This document shows, one piece after another, positions 48,441-57,242 of a stretch of DNA of 64,000 nt. Under the pieces are notes generated by a model. It worked only from the letters and a program-made list of their open reading frames with translations. It searched no databases and was not told where the DNA came from. A program made the translations under genes and the position numbers. The stretch comes from an uncultured Armatimonadetes bacterium. Lineage in GTDB: Bacteria > Armatimonadota > Hebobacteria > Hebobacterales > Hebobacteraceae. The stretch is taken from assembly GCA_963716175.1 (NCBI GenBank), contig OY970296.1:2592001-2656000 (forward strand). Direction: 5' to 3'. Positions within the stretch are counted from its first letter, which is position 1. Each line of letters starts with the position of its first letter.

Positions 48441-50378
48441 ATGGCCGATCCCGCAGTTGCTGCCGGCAGTGACCAGCGCCGCACGCCCATCAGAGCCCGC
48501 GCCTTGGTGGCGATACTGCTGTTGGTGCCGAGCCTGATCCTCCTGATGGTCTGGGGGAACTGGCTGGTGGGCGGCAACGGGCCCATGGATTCCCTCAACG
48601 GCCCTGCGGTGGCCTTGCTCTTCCTCCTGACGGCGCTGAATCTCATTCTGAAACGCCGCAAGCCGGCCTGGGCCTTCTCCGCCGGGGAGCTGATCGTCGT
48701 CTACGTGGTGGTCGCCGCAGCCGCCGGCATAACCGGAAACGTCTGGAGTTGGGGCGGCAACCTCGCCCCCAACCTCGCCTATCCCATCTGGCAAGCCGGC
48801 CCGGCCAACCGCTGGGCCGAGATCATGTGGCCGAACCTCCCTGTTGGGCTGACGCCGGTGGACCGGGACGCACTCCAGGGGTTCTTTCTGGGGAGCACCA
48901 GCCCTTATCAGCGCGACATCCTGCTGACCTGGGCCGTACCCGCCCTATGGTGGACCGGCTGGGTCACCGCCACCCTCTGGGTGACCCTCTGTTTCAGCGT
49001 CATCATCCGCCGCCGCTGGTCTGAGGAGGAAAAGCTCCCCTTCCCCATGACCCTGCTGCCCATTCACCTGACCGACCCGCAGCAGGGGCTCTTCCGCAGC
49101 CCCCTGTGGTGGATCGGGCTGGGCGGCTCGGCCGCGCTTGGTGTCCTCGACCTGGTGAGTTCCTTCGTCCCCACCATCCCCACCGTTCCCACCTACCTGG
49201 ACATCAGCACCTTCCTCACCAACAACAAACCCTGGGACGCCATCCGCACCACCTCCCTGAGCTGGGGACCGTGGCAGCTGGGCCTCACCTATCTCATGCC
49301 CGCCGACCTCGCTTTCTCCCTCATCGTGTTCAACCTGTTCTGGCGCGCCGAGTACGTGTCGTCCCGGATGGGCGGGTGGCTGACCGATGCCTGGGGCGGA
49401 TTCCCCTATGGCGACCAGCAGGTGATCGGCGCTTATCTATCACTGATGGTCTCCGTGCTCTGGCTTGACCGCCGCTACCTGGTTCAGGTGCTGCGCCGCG
49501 CCTTCGGGCTGTACTCTCATGCCAGGGAGAGCGGGGAGGCCTTCAGCTATCGCACCGCCGTCTTCGGAGGCATGGCGGGGCTGGGCTATCTCTGCTGGTT
49601 CTACGTCCGGAGCGGCATGAGCCCGGTCATCGCAGTTTCCTTCATCGCGCTGTTCTTCATCATGGTGATGGCCATGATCCGGATGCGAGCCCACATCGGG
49701 CCGCCCAGCCACTGGATGTACGGCACCATGCCGGAGTTCGTGCTCACCCAGTTTCCGGGGACTCGCGCCCTGGGGCCGCGCGCGCTGGGCATGATCGCCC
49801 TGATGCGGCCTTTCATGTACGAGCAGGATACCGAGGCGGCACCCATCCAGCTCGAGGCGCTGCGCATGGCCGAGCGCACCGCCACGAACCCCACTCCTCT
49901 CGCCTGGATCATGATCGCCGCCATTCCCCTCACCATCCTCTCCTACTTCTGGGCCAGCCTCCAGATCGGCTACCATCTGGGCCTCGGGGCCAAAGGTTAC
50001 CAGGACATGACCTTCGTCTGCCGCCAGGGCTCGGACAAGCTCGACTTCTGGTTGCACGACCCCGGCGGCGCCAACTGGAGTGGAGTGCGGGCGATCGGGC
50101 TCGGGTTTGCCATCACCGTGCTGCTGATGGTGATCAAGCTCAGGTTTCCCCTGTGGCCTCTTCACCCCCTGGCCTTCCCGCTCGCCTTCAGTTGGACCAT
50201 AGACTCGCTCCTGCCGGCGGTGTTCGTCACCTGGCTGGCCAAAGCCCTGCTGCTCCGCTATGGCGGGCTGCGCGCCCACCGCCGGGCCTTCCCCTTCTTC
50301 CTGGGTCTCATCGTCGGCAGCGGCACCATCTCCTTTCTCCAACTGCTCCTGTTCCGGGCTTTGGGCATCGCCAGGTAG
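48441..50378 (+). CDS. Large polytopic membrane protein, DUF6785/DUF6784-like
   Basis: RRRWSEEEKLPFP, WPLHPLAF, LLRYGG...PFFLGLIVG motifs. Confidence 0.75.
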   Translation: MADPAVAAGSDQRRTPIRARALVAILLLVPSLILLMVWGNWLVGGNGPMDSLNGPAVALLFLLTALNLILKRRKPAWAFSAGELIVVYVVVAAAAGITGNVWSWGGNLAPNLAYPIWQAGPANRWAEIMWPNLPVGLTPVDRDALQGFFLGSTSPYQRDILLTWAVPALWWTGWVTATLWVTLCFSVIIRRRWSEEEKLPFPMTLLPIHLTDPQQGLFRSPLWWIGLGGSAALGVLDLVSSFVPTIPTVPTYLDISTFLTNNKPWDAIRTTSLSWGPWQLGLTYLMPADLAFSLIVFNLFWRAEYVSSRMGGWLTDAWGGFPYGDQQVIGAYLSLMVSVLWLDRRYLVQVLRRAFGLYSHARESGEAFSYRTAVFGGMAGLGYLCWFYVRSGMSPVIAVSFIALFFIMVMAMIRMRAHIGPPSHWMYGTMPEFVLTQFPGTRALGPRALGMIALMRPFMYEQDTEAAPIQLEALRMAERTATNPTPLAWIMIAAIPLTILSYFWASLQIGYHLGLGAKGYQDMTFVCRQGSDKLDFWLHDPGGANWSGVRAIGLGFAITVLLMVIKLRFPLWPLHPLAFPLAFSWTIDSLLPAVFVTWLAKALLLRYGGLRAHRRAFPFFLGLIVGSGTISFLQLLLFRALGIAR

Positions 50379-50456
50379 CCCAGTCGGCGGCAGGACGCGG
50401 CCGCGGCCGGCAGAAGTAGCGTTCCAGGTAGCAGAACCCCATCTACTGGAGGCGCC

Positions 50457-51494
50457 ATGAAGCAGGAGCGATTCGATCGCAGCAGCCTGAGGCTGCGGCC
50501 GCTGTCCGAGCGGACGCACGATATGACTGTGAGCGATGTGCTCCCGCTCGACGCCCCGCTGCCGCGGTTCGAGCATCCAGACCTGCCGAAGCTGGCAGAC
50601 CGGATGGTGCAGGCGCGGCGGGCCGAGCGCGAGGTGATCGTGCTCATGGGCGCGCATGTGATCAAGCAGGGCCTCTCTCGCTTTGTGATTGACCTGATGC
50701 AGCGAGGGGTTATCACTTGCCTGGGCATGAACGGCGCCTGCGTGATCCACGATTACGAGCTGGCGCGGGTCGGGGGCACCACGGAGAGCGTCGCCCGCTA
50801 TATCCGCACTGGCGAGTTCGGCCTGTGGCAGGAGACCGGGGAGATCAACGACATCGTCAACGCGGCCGGACCAGAGAAAGGTTTCGGCGCTGCGATAGGG
50901 GAGGCCATCGCACGGCAGGCGTTGCCGGCCTTCACCGGTTGTCATCGCGAGCGCAGCGAAGGGGCCCGCCTCTCTGACTGCGTGCCCTTCCCTCATGCCG
51001 ACGTCAGCCTCCTCGCTGCAGCCCATCGCCTGGGCCTTCCCGCCACCGTCCACGTGGGCATCGGCTACGATATCATCCACGAGCACCCAAACTTCGATGG
51101 CGCCAAGACCGGCGCGGCCTCCTACCACGACTTCCTCACCTTCGCGGAGCACATCCGCCGCCTGGAGGGCGGCGTTTTCGTCTGTCTGGGCAGCGCGGTG
51201 ATGGGGCCCGAGGTCTATCTGAAGGCCCTGGCCATGGCGCGCAATGTCGAGCGCCAGGAGGGCCGCGAGATCCGCCGCATCACCACCGCGGTCTTCGATC
51301 TTGCCGACCTGGGCGATGACATCCACCAGGAACCCCGCAAGACCGACGCCCGCTACTACTTCCGTCCTCTGAAGACAGTGCTGATCCGCACCGTGGCCGA
51401 TGGCGGGGAGAGCTTCTACATCAGGGGAGACATGCAGGCGACGCTGCCGGCCCTGCATCGCGCAGTGATCGCTCGCATCGGGCAATCGGCGTGA
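50457..51494 (+). CDS. Deoxyhypusine-synthase-like fold hypothetical protein
   Basis: MGAHVIK.G, MNGA..IHD.E, TVHVGIG.DI.H.HP, GSAV.GPEV.LKAL. Confidence 0.7.
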   Translation: MKQERFDRSSLRLRPLSERTHDMTVSDVLPLDAPLPRFEHPDLPKLADRMVQARRAEREVIVLMGAHVIKQGLSRFVIDLMQRGVITCLGMNGACVIHDYELARVGGTTESVARYIRTGEFGLWQETGEINDIVNAAGPEKGFGAAIGEAIARQALPAFTGCHRERSEGARLSDCVPFPHADVSLLAAAHRLGLPATVHVGIGYDIIHEHPNFDGAKTGAASYHDFLTFAEHIRRLEGGVFVCLGSAVMGPEVYLKALAMARNVERQEGREIRRITTAVFDLADLGDDIHQEPRKTDARYYFRPLKTVLIRTVADGGESFYIRGDMQATLPALHRAVIARIGQSA

Positions 51495-52543
51495 CTAGGC
51501 AGCGCCTGGAGGCCATCGTCTCCGGCTTCTCCCGCGCCGCCATCGCCGTGGTCGGCGACTTCTTCCTCGACAAGTACCTGGAGACCGACCCTGCCCTCAG
51601 CGAGACCTCCCTCGAAACCGGCCTGGAGGCGCGGCAGGTGGTGGAGGTACGCTGTCAGCCGGGAGCGGCCGGCACCGTGGTCTCGAATCTGTACACGCTG
51701 GGGGCGGGCCGGGTGATCTGCATCGGCTTCGTCGGGGACGATGGCGAGGGGTTCGAGCTGACCAGGGGCCTGCGGCGGATGGGAGCGGAGACGGACCACC
51801 TCCTGATCCGAGGCGACCGGTTCACGCCCACCTACTGCAAGCCAATGGTGCGCCAGGCTGATGGGCGCCTCCGGGAACTGGAACGCCTCGACACCAAGAA
51901 CCGGGAGCCGCTGCCCAAAGACCTGGAGGAGGCCCTGATCACTGCACTGCGCGGGGTGGCGCCGGAGGTCAACGCGGTGATCGCGCAGGACCAGGTCCAG
52001 GAGCCGGATTGCGGGGTGATTACCGCGCGCATGAGAGGGGCGCTGGCCGAACTGGGGGAGGCCTACCCAAGCGTGGTCTGGTTCGGCGACTCGCGGGCGC
52101 GCATCGGGCAATACCGCAATCTCTCGGTGAAGCCGAACCGGGAGGAGGCGTGCGGCGCAGTGCACCCCGGCACGCCGGCCCATGACATCGAAGGAGCAAT
52201 GAAGTGCGCGGCGGCGCTCAGCGCCCGCGTGGGGCGCCCGGTGTACCTGACTCTAGGAGCCGAGGGGATGGCGCTGGTCACACCCGAGAAGGCGCAACTG
52301 CTCCCTACCGCGCGCCTGGAGGGCGAACTCGACATCGTGGGCGCGGGCAACAGCGCGACTGCCGGCATCGTCTCCGCGCTGTGCGCGGGGGCAACGCGGG
52401 AAGAGGCTGGCCTCATGGGCAACATCGTCGCCTCGATCACCGTCCAGCAGATCGGGACGACGGGGACCGCGACGCAAGCGCAGGTGCGGGAGCAGTTCGC
52501 GCGGCACCAGTCCGTGTGGCGCGACCTGCCCCCCGCGAGATAA
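51491..52543 (+). CDS. PfkB family kinase, HldE/RfaE domain I-like
   Basis: VVGDFFLD, PGAAG.V..N, KPNREEA, TLGAEG, DIVGAGN. Confidence 0.85.
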   Translation: MTRQRLEAIVSGFSRAAIAVVGDFFLDKYLETDPALSETSLETGLEARQVVEVRCQPGAAGTVVSNLYTLGAGRVICIGFVGDDGEGFELTRGLRRMGAETDHLLIRGDRFTPTYCKPMVRQADGRLRELERLDTKNREPLPKDLEEALITALRGVAPEVNAVIAQDQVQEPDCGVITARMRGALAELGEAYPSVVWFGDSRARIGQYRNLSVKPNREEACGAVHPGTPAHDIEGAMKCAAALSARVGRPVYLTLGAEGMALVTPEKAQLLPTARLEGELDIVGAGNSATAGIVSALCAGATREEAGLMGNIVASITVQQIGTTGTATQAQVREQFARHQSVWRDLPPAR

Positions 52544-52548
52544 AGAAT

Positions 52549-52597
52549 GCAGAGGCGCAGAGAGCTGTCTTGTGCTCCGCGTTCTCCGCGCCTTTGC
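52549..52597. terminator. Inverted repeat between convergent genes
   Basis: gcagaggcgcagaga / tctccgcgcctttgc, 13/15 complementary. Confidence 0.45.
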
Positions 52598-52609
52598 GGT
52601 GGAATGCGG

Positions 52610-53677
52610 TTACGCAGTTTCCGGGAAGGCCGTTCCCTTCCGCGCCTGGCGGATAATCCACATCACCTCGCGCACTTTCTCCGGCTGGACGAAAAGCGGC
52701 TTGCCTTTGCGGATGGAGTCGTAGAGGTAATCGTAGAATTCGCGCTTGCTGGGAAGCGCCGACGGCATGGTCTCTTCCTTGAAGGTGAGCTTCTCCCCGG
52801 CCGGGAGCACCCCGTATCTGCGGCCCGCCACCGCCCGGCTGTCAACGGCCTTGAGCCTGGGCAGCCTCTTCGGCTCGTGATAGCGCAGCCGCGAGGTCTT
52901 GCCATCCGAGACCAGGGTGCCGCGAGAGCCCATCAGCACCCAGGTGGGCAGAGGCAGCGCGCAGGCCGTGCTCACCTCCACTTCCGCCACCATCCCGCTC
53001 TCCGCGCGCATCACCACCTTCAGGTGATCTTCGGTGTCGCCCGGGATCAAGATCTGCTGCAGGTCCCCGAAGACATCCTTCACCGGCGAATCCAGGAGCT
53101 GCACCACCTGGTCTATCATGTGCACGCCGTTGTTGTTGAGGTTGCCGCCACCATACTTGCGCAGGGTCTGCCAGTCGTTGCGCCTCCCGTAACCATAGGA
53201 GCCGCGCCTGATGTTGAAGATGTTCCCCAGCACCCCACTGCGCATGATCTCCTTCACGTGCAGGAGGTCGGGCGCAAGCCTCGCGTTCTGGTGGATGGTG
53301 AAGATGAGCCCTCTCGCCTTCGCCGCCTTGGCCGCCGCCAGCAGGCGGTCCATATCTCGGAAGCGCGTGACCACCGGCTTCTCGGAGAGCACATGCTTCC
53401 CAGCTTTCAGCGCCTCCCAGGACATCCAGGCGTGATCCTTGGACTGACTGGCGATCACCGCCAGCTCCGCGTCCGAGTCCCCCAGGAACTCCCGGAAATC
53501 GCGGTAGGTGCGACAGCCGAACTCGGCGCGGGCCTCTTCCAACCGCCCCTTGTCGAGGTCAACGACGTCCGTCAGCACGAAATCCTTGCGGCCCCGAATG
53601 GCGCGGATGTGGATGTCCCATCCCGCCCTTCCCAGTCCCACCACGGCCATGCGCACTGGAGTGTCTTTGGCTCTCAT
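52610..53677 (-). CDS. Gfo/Idh/MocA family oxidoreductase
   Basis: GLGRAG, GKHVLSEKP, GGG.L...G.H..DQ. Confidence 0.9.
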   Translation of the reverse strand: MRAKDTPVRMAVVGLGRAGWDIHIRAIRGRKDFVLTDVVDLDKGRLEEARAEFGCRTYRDFREFLGDSDAELAVIASQSKDHAWMSWEALKAGKHVLSEKPVVTRFRDMDRLLAAAKAAKARGLIFTIHQNARLAPDLLHVKEIMRSGVLGNIFNIRRGSYGYGRRNDWQTLRKYGGGNLNNNGVHMIDQVVQLLDSPVKDVFGDLQQILIPGDTEDHLKVVMRAESGMVAEVEVSTACALPLPTWVLMGSRGTLVSDGKTSRLRYHEPKRLPRLKAVDSRAVAGRRYGVLPAGEKLTFKEETMPSALPSKREFYDYLYDSIRKGKPLFVQPEKVREVMWIIRQARKGTAFPETA

Positions 53678-53752
53678 CAGGTCTCCTCTCTTCCCGCCAG
53701 CATCTTCGACGGGAAGTGGCCTCACCCTTTCGGGGCAGGTCACAGGCCCGCC

Positions 53753-53920
53753 CTACTCGCTCAGCGCTTTGGCAACCTCGCGGCAGCAGGCCGGCAGGCT
53801 GCCCCCTGAGACGTGAGCGCGGATGCACTCACAGCAGGTGCCGCGCCGCGGGCAGTCCTCGCTGGTGCAAGGGCAACCTTCCAGATTCATCTTGAGGTTG
53901 GGGCAGGGTTGCTCAGGCAT
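53753..53920 (-). CDS. Small Cys-rich protein (DUF6485-like)
   Basis: CPCTSEDCPRRGTCCECIRAH...LPAC; RBS AAGGAGG. Confidence 0.75.
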   Translation of the reverse strand: MPEQPCPNLKMNLEGCPCTSEDCPRRGTCCECIRAHVSGGSLPACCREVAKALSE

Positions 53921-55025
53921 GAGATCCTCCTTTGTGATGTACCTCTTGAACCTGATAGCGCGCCAGGCGCCGCAGCGCCTGCAGCTTCTCCCGGTCGGCC
54001 AGCTTCGCTCGATCCACCGCCTCCCGCAGCAGCTCGATGGAGTGGTCGTAGGTCTGGCGATCCACCGGGTACGGGACGCCATCCTTGCCCCCGTGGGCGA
54101 AGCTGAAGGTGGCCGGGTCGCGCACGCTGGCCTTCGCGCCATAGACCAGGTCGGCGATGAGCGCCAGCGCGCGAATCGTCTTCGGCCCCACTCCGGGCCG
54201 CGCCAGCAGGGCCTCGAAGTCCGCGGGAGGGTGCTCGTAGCTTTTCGCCAGGATGCGTTCGAAGGACTCCGGCCGGATGTCCGCGGCGATGATGTCGTGC
54301 CGCCCGGGAAGCGACAGCTCTTGCGCCCGGCGCAGCTCTCGCGCCAGCCTGTCGGGGGGCTCGGCCGCGACCAGCGCGCTCGCCTTGCGCGCCTCTTCGC
54401 TCTCGTGGGCCACCAGGTTCAGCACCAGTTGCGCCTTGCGCTCCGCCACGATGGCGGCGTGGGGTTCATCCACGAAGTCCTTCACCCCGGTGGAGAGCCA
54501 GTGGTAGCGCCGCGCCCAGCCAGTGGTGTCGTTCATCCCCTGCTGCACCACCGCCCATTCTCCGGCCGGGGTGAACAGAAAGCAGTGGTGATAGAGCTGG
54601 TATCCATCCTGCACCGCGGTGTTGTCCACTTTGGCCGAGATCTTGCTGGCATAGACCAGCTCGTCGGCAGGCCGAGCAACCGCATGCTGCTCGGCGTGGG
54701 CCACGATCTCGGCCGGCGTCTTCCGGGAGGCCGCGCCCTTGCCTCCGGCGACGAAAAGGCCGAAGTCCGGCTCTCTCCCTCTCACCGCCTCCTTGAGCGC
54801 GCCCGTGGTCGTGGTGGTGAGGCCGGAGCTGTGCCAATCGAAACCCAGCACACAGCCCAGGGCCTGGAACCAGTGGGGATCGGCGACGCGCACCAGCACC
54901 TCCCCGGGCCCGAACTCCTCCACTAGCACCCGCAGAATCTCCCGCGACAGCAGCACCATGCGGGAGAACAGCCAGCGCGGCGCGCGGCCGCCGTGGAGCG
55001 GGAGGTTGGCGGTGCCGGTTCTCAT
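53913..55025 (-). CDS. DUF763 domain protein
   Basis: LPLHGG.AP.WL, GFDWHSSG.TT, KVDN.AVQDGY.LYHH, FAHGGKDG.P. Confidence 0.9.
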   Translation of the reverse strand: MRTGTANLPLHGGRAPRWLFSRMVLLSREILRVLVEEFGPGEVLVRVADPHWFQALGCVLGFDWHSSGLTTTTTGALKEAVRGREPDFGLFVAGGKGAASRKTPAEIVAHAEQHAVARPADELVYASKISAKVDNTAVQDGYQLYHHCFLFTPAGEWAVVQQGMNDTTGWARRYHWLSTGVKDFVDEPHAAIVAERKAQLVLNLVAHESEEARKASALVAAEPPDRLARELRRAQELSLPGRHDIIAADIRPESFERILAKSYEHPPADFEALLARPGVGPKTIRALALIADLVYGAKASVRDPATFSFAHGGKDGVPYPVDRQTYDHSIELLREAVDRAKLADREKLQALRRLARYQVQEVHHKGGSHA

Positions 55026-55072
55026 TGGGGAGATGATACCTGGTGAAGGCAGCCGGAGCAAGCCGCGATGTG

Positions 55073-55101
55073 GTGGGGCAGGAGCTTCGCTCCTGCCCTG
55101 C
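55073..55101 (+). repeat. REP-like hairpin
   Basis: gtggggcaggagc-ttc-gctcctgccctgc. Confidence 0.7.
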
Positions 55102-55111
55102 CGGGCTCCCT

Positions 55112-55875
55112 TCAGCGCCCCCGACGGAGCCCCTTGGCTATCTCCTCGGAGCAGGAGAAGCCTTTCGCCGTCAGTTTGTAGCCCGCTGCTTGATCGCCGT
55201 GCACGAGCTTCCACGCGACAGCCTTCTTCAGGGTACCCGTAACCGTCGACGCACTTCTCCGCATGTCCTTGCCCAACTGGTTCCGTGACGCCCGTTCCGG
55301 GTAGTAGTGTCTGAGAAGAAGCAGGAGTTCGTCCATCGGCGTGACCTCGGCCAAGACAAGCCGGTCGCTGCCGAAGTCTTCGACCACCTGGCTGATCGGC
55401 ACCTGTACGAACTCGGCCATCTTGCCGGCCGTCGTCACATCCGACTGCATACAATGCCGGATAATCTCCGCCAAGATCCACTGTGCTCCGTGGTACAGGA
55501 GCCTCAAGTCATAGATGTTGGGGTCGACAGCGCCCTTGTGAAGTATGTTGCGCCTGCTCCGGAGAGCATACATACCACGGGCGACGCGGGCACCCGTGAC
55601 CCTCAGGTCGTCAGCGAGCGCCTGGGTCCCCCCGGTGCCCCTCTCACACTCGTTCAGGAAACCCTCGACCTTGATGTGGCCGGCTGCATCGGGGGTACGT
55701 CGCGGAGATGCTGCAACGCCTGAACGAAACTCTCAACGAACTTGCCGGGCGAAGATCGGCCCAGTGTCGCCGTGATGACATCCTGTCGAATCTGAAGGAA
55801 CTCCGACACGACATCGGTGGCCAGGTCGCGACCGATGCAAGGTTCCAGTGCGGCGATCAGCTCATCTGGCTGCAT
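55112..55875 (-). CDS. HEPN-like (Rx4H) + C-terminal winged-helix protein; frameshift near the G5 run 55691-55695
   Basis: Adding one base joins ...LQHL to ...KVEGFLNEC...ARGMYALRSRRNILHKGAVDPN; C-terminus STVTGTLKK...YKLTAKG. Confidence 0.6.
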
Positions 55876-55917
55876 GGGTCACCCCATTGTTCGCAGTAAG
55901 GCAGCGCTGTCGTCCTT

Positions 55918-56457
55918 TCAAGCGTGGTGTTCGATGAGCTCCTTGGCTCGCTTCTTCCAGTCTCCGCTCAACTGCAGGCATTTCTTCCCCTTCACCGTGG
56001 TCACCCTCAGCAACGACTCTTGGCTAACCTCGCGGTCGACGTTGCCCGTGACACCCAGCTGCGTGAGCGCCTTGCGGACGCCCGGGAGCGGGTAGTTGAT
56101 GATCTGTTCGAGTACGCGTGCGGACCAGACGAGCAACACTGCGGCGTTCCTGGTACGTTCGGCCTCGGTGTGGCCTAGTGCGCCGCTGATGAGGTGCACG
56201 CCGCTCTCATCAGACGCGAACAGCTGCATTACGTGTTCCTTACTGACCCCGGCGGCCTCAGCCAGACGCTTGGCCCACTCGCCAGCGGGTACACCCGCTC
56301 CCTCCTTACCCTCCGCGCCCCCGCCCACGCGTTTGCTGTGGTCCACTCGCGACTGAAGCAGATACTCGAACGCTCGGGCCTGAACCGCCTCCGGGAGTTC
56401 CTTGACGGCTTCCCCGAGTGCTTTCATCAGCTCAACTGCGTTCTCATCGATCTCCAT
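55918..56457 (-). CDS. Hypothetical protein with N-terminal helical hairpin and possible wHTH
   Basis: Clear RBS, 179 aa, same-strand operon context, N-terminal EAVKELPEAVQARAFEYLL. Confidence 0.7.
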   Translation of the reverse strand: MEIDENAVELMKALGEAVKELPEAVQARAFEYLLQSRVDHSKRVGGGAEGKEGAGVPAGEWAKRLAEAAGVSKEHVMQLFASDESGVHLISGALGHTEAERTRNAAVLLVWSARVLEQIINYPLPGVRKALTQLGVTGNVDREVSQESLLRVTTVKGKKCLQLSGDWKKRAKELIEHHA

Positions 56458-56531
56458 ACCTGCTCCCCCCCTTACGGATTGGCAATCTGCCAGCTTACAC
56501 CTCTCATGGCTCAGAGCCAAGGAGCCGAGGC

Positions 56532-57011
56532 TCACTCAGCCTTTGGCAACTGCTCCTCGACGTATTTCTTGCCTTTGTTCGACAGGGCGAACTTACCCCT
56601 AGCGACCGATCGCATGTAGCCATCTCGCTTCGCGTCCCTCAAGACCTGAGCCGGCTCGTTGATCCGTTTCATCTTTCCGCGGGCCACCTCAGAGAAGGCC
56701 GAGTCCAGGTCATCCTTCGTGGTGGCTGCCAATCCCGCGTGCTCCTCGCGATGATACGCGATCACCAGCGCGGTTTCCCAATCGTTGGCTGGTTTCCTCT
56801 CGCCCATAAACGCGTCTAGGTCTGCACTGGGATGCTGCTTGGGGCCGCGCTTACGCTCAGCCTCAGCATCTTGGCCGTCGCCTTTGCCTTCCCTGGGCTG
56901 AGTCAGCAGATACTGTAGTACGGCGCCACAACAGGCCGCGCGCAGCTCCTCGGGTACATCTTTGACCGCCTCGACAGCAGCGCGAACGGCAGCCTTGATC
57001 CGGTGTTCCAT
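56532..57011 (-). CDS. Hypothetical winged-helix protein
   Basis: 159 aa; LVIAY..., VLRDAKRDGYM...GKFALSNKGKKYV wing pattern. Confidence 0.72.
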   Translation of the reverse strand: MEHRIKAAVRAAVEAVKDVPEELRAACCGAVLQYLLTQPREGKGDGQDAEAERKRGPKQHPSADLDAFMGERKPANDWETALVIAYHREEHAGLAATTKDDLDSAFSEVARGKMKRINEPAQVLRDAKRDGYMRSVARGKFALSNKGKKYVEEQLPKAE

Positions 57012-57051
57012 GGAACCCCTCGCTTCCTGACCACCCCACACCCTTCGATAT

Positions 57052-57060
57052 ATACTAGCA
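57052..57060 (-). promoter_or_regulatory. Extended -10 promoter candidate for the three-gene cassette
   Basis: TGCTAGTAT on the minus strand ~40 nt upstream of ATG 57011. Confidence 0.4.
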
Positions 57061-57242
57061 CGGATGGACCCCGGGAGAAAGCCCTCAGCGCTGAGTCCGA
57101 AGCCATGCTTAAGTGCCCAGCAATGGCTTCTCCGGTAGCGTACTGTCGAATCTCGTCCTCGACCGCGGCCTGCACGCCTCCGCCCTGCGAGTGCTGATGC
57201 GAATCTGGAGCGCTATCCCCCGACCGAGGCCGGCCCGCATTC

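Noticed and set aside
22995-51485. Long opposite-strand ORFs (e.g. 22995-24953, 31314-33413, 34504-36096, 49440-51485)
   Set aside because: Antisense shadows of well-supported genes, expected at this GC content; no recognisable motifs
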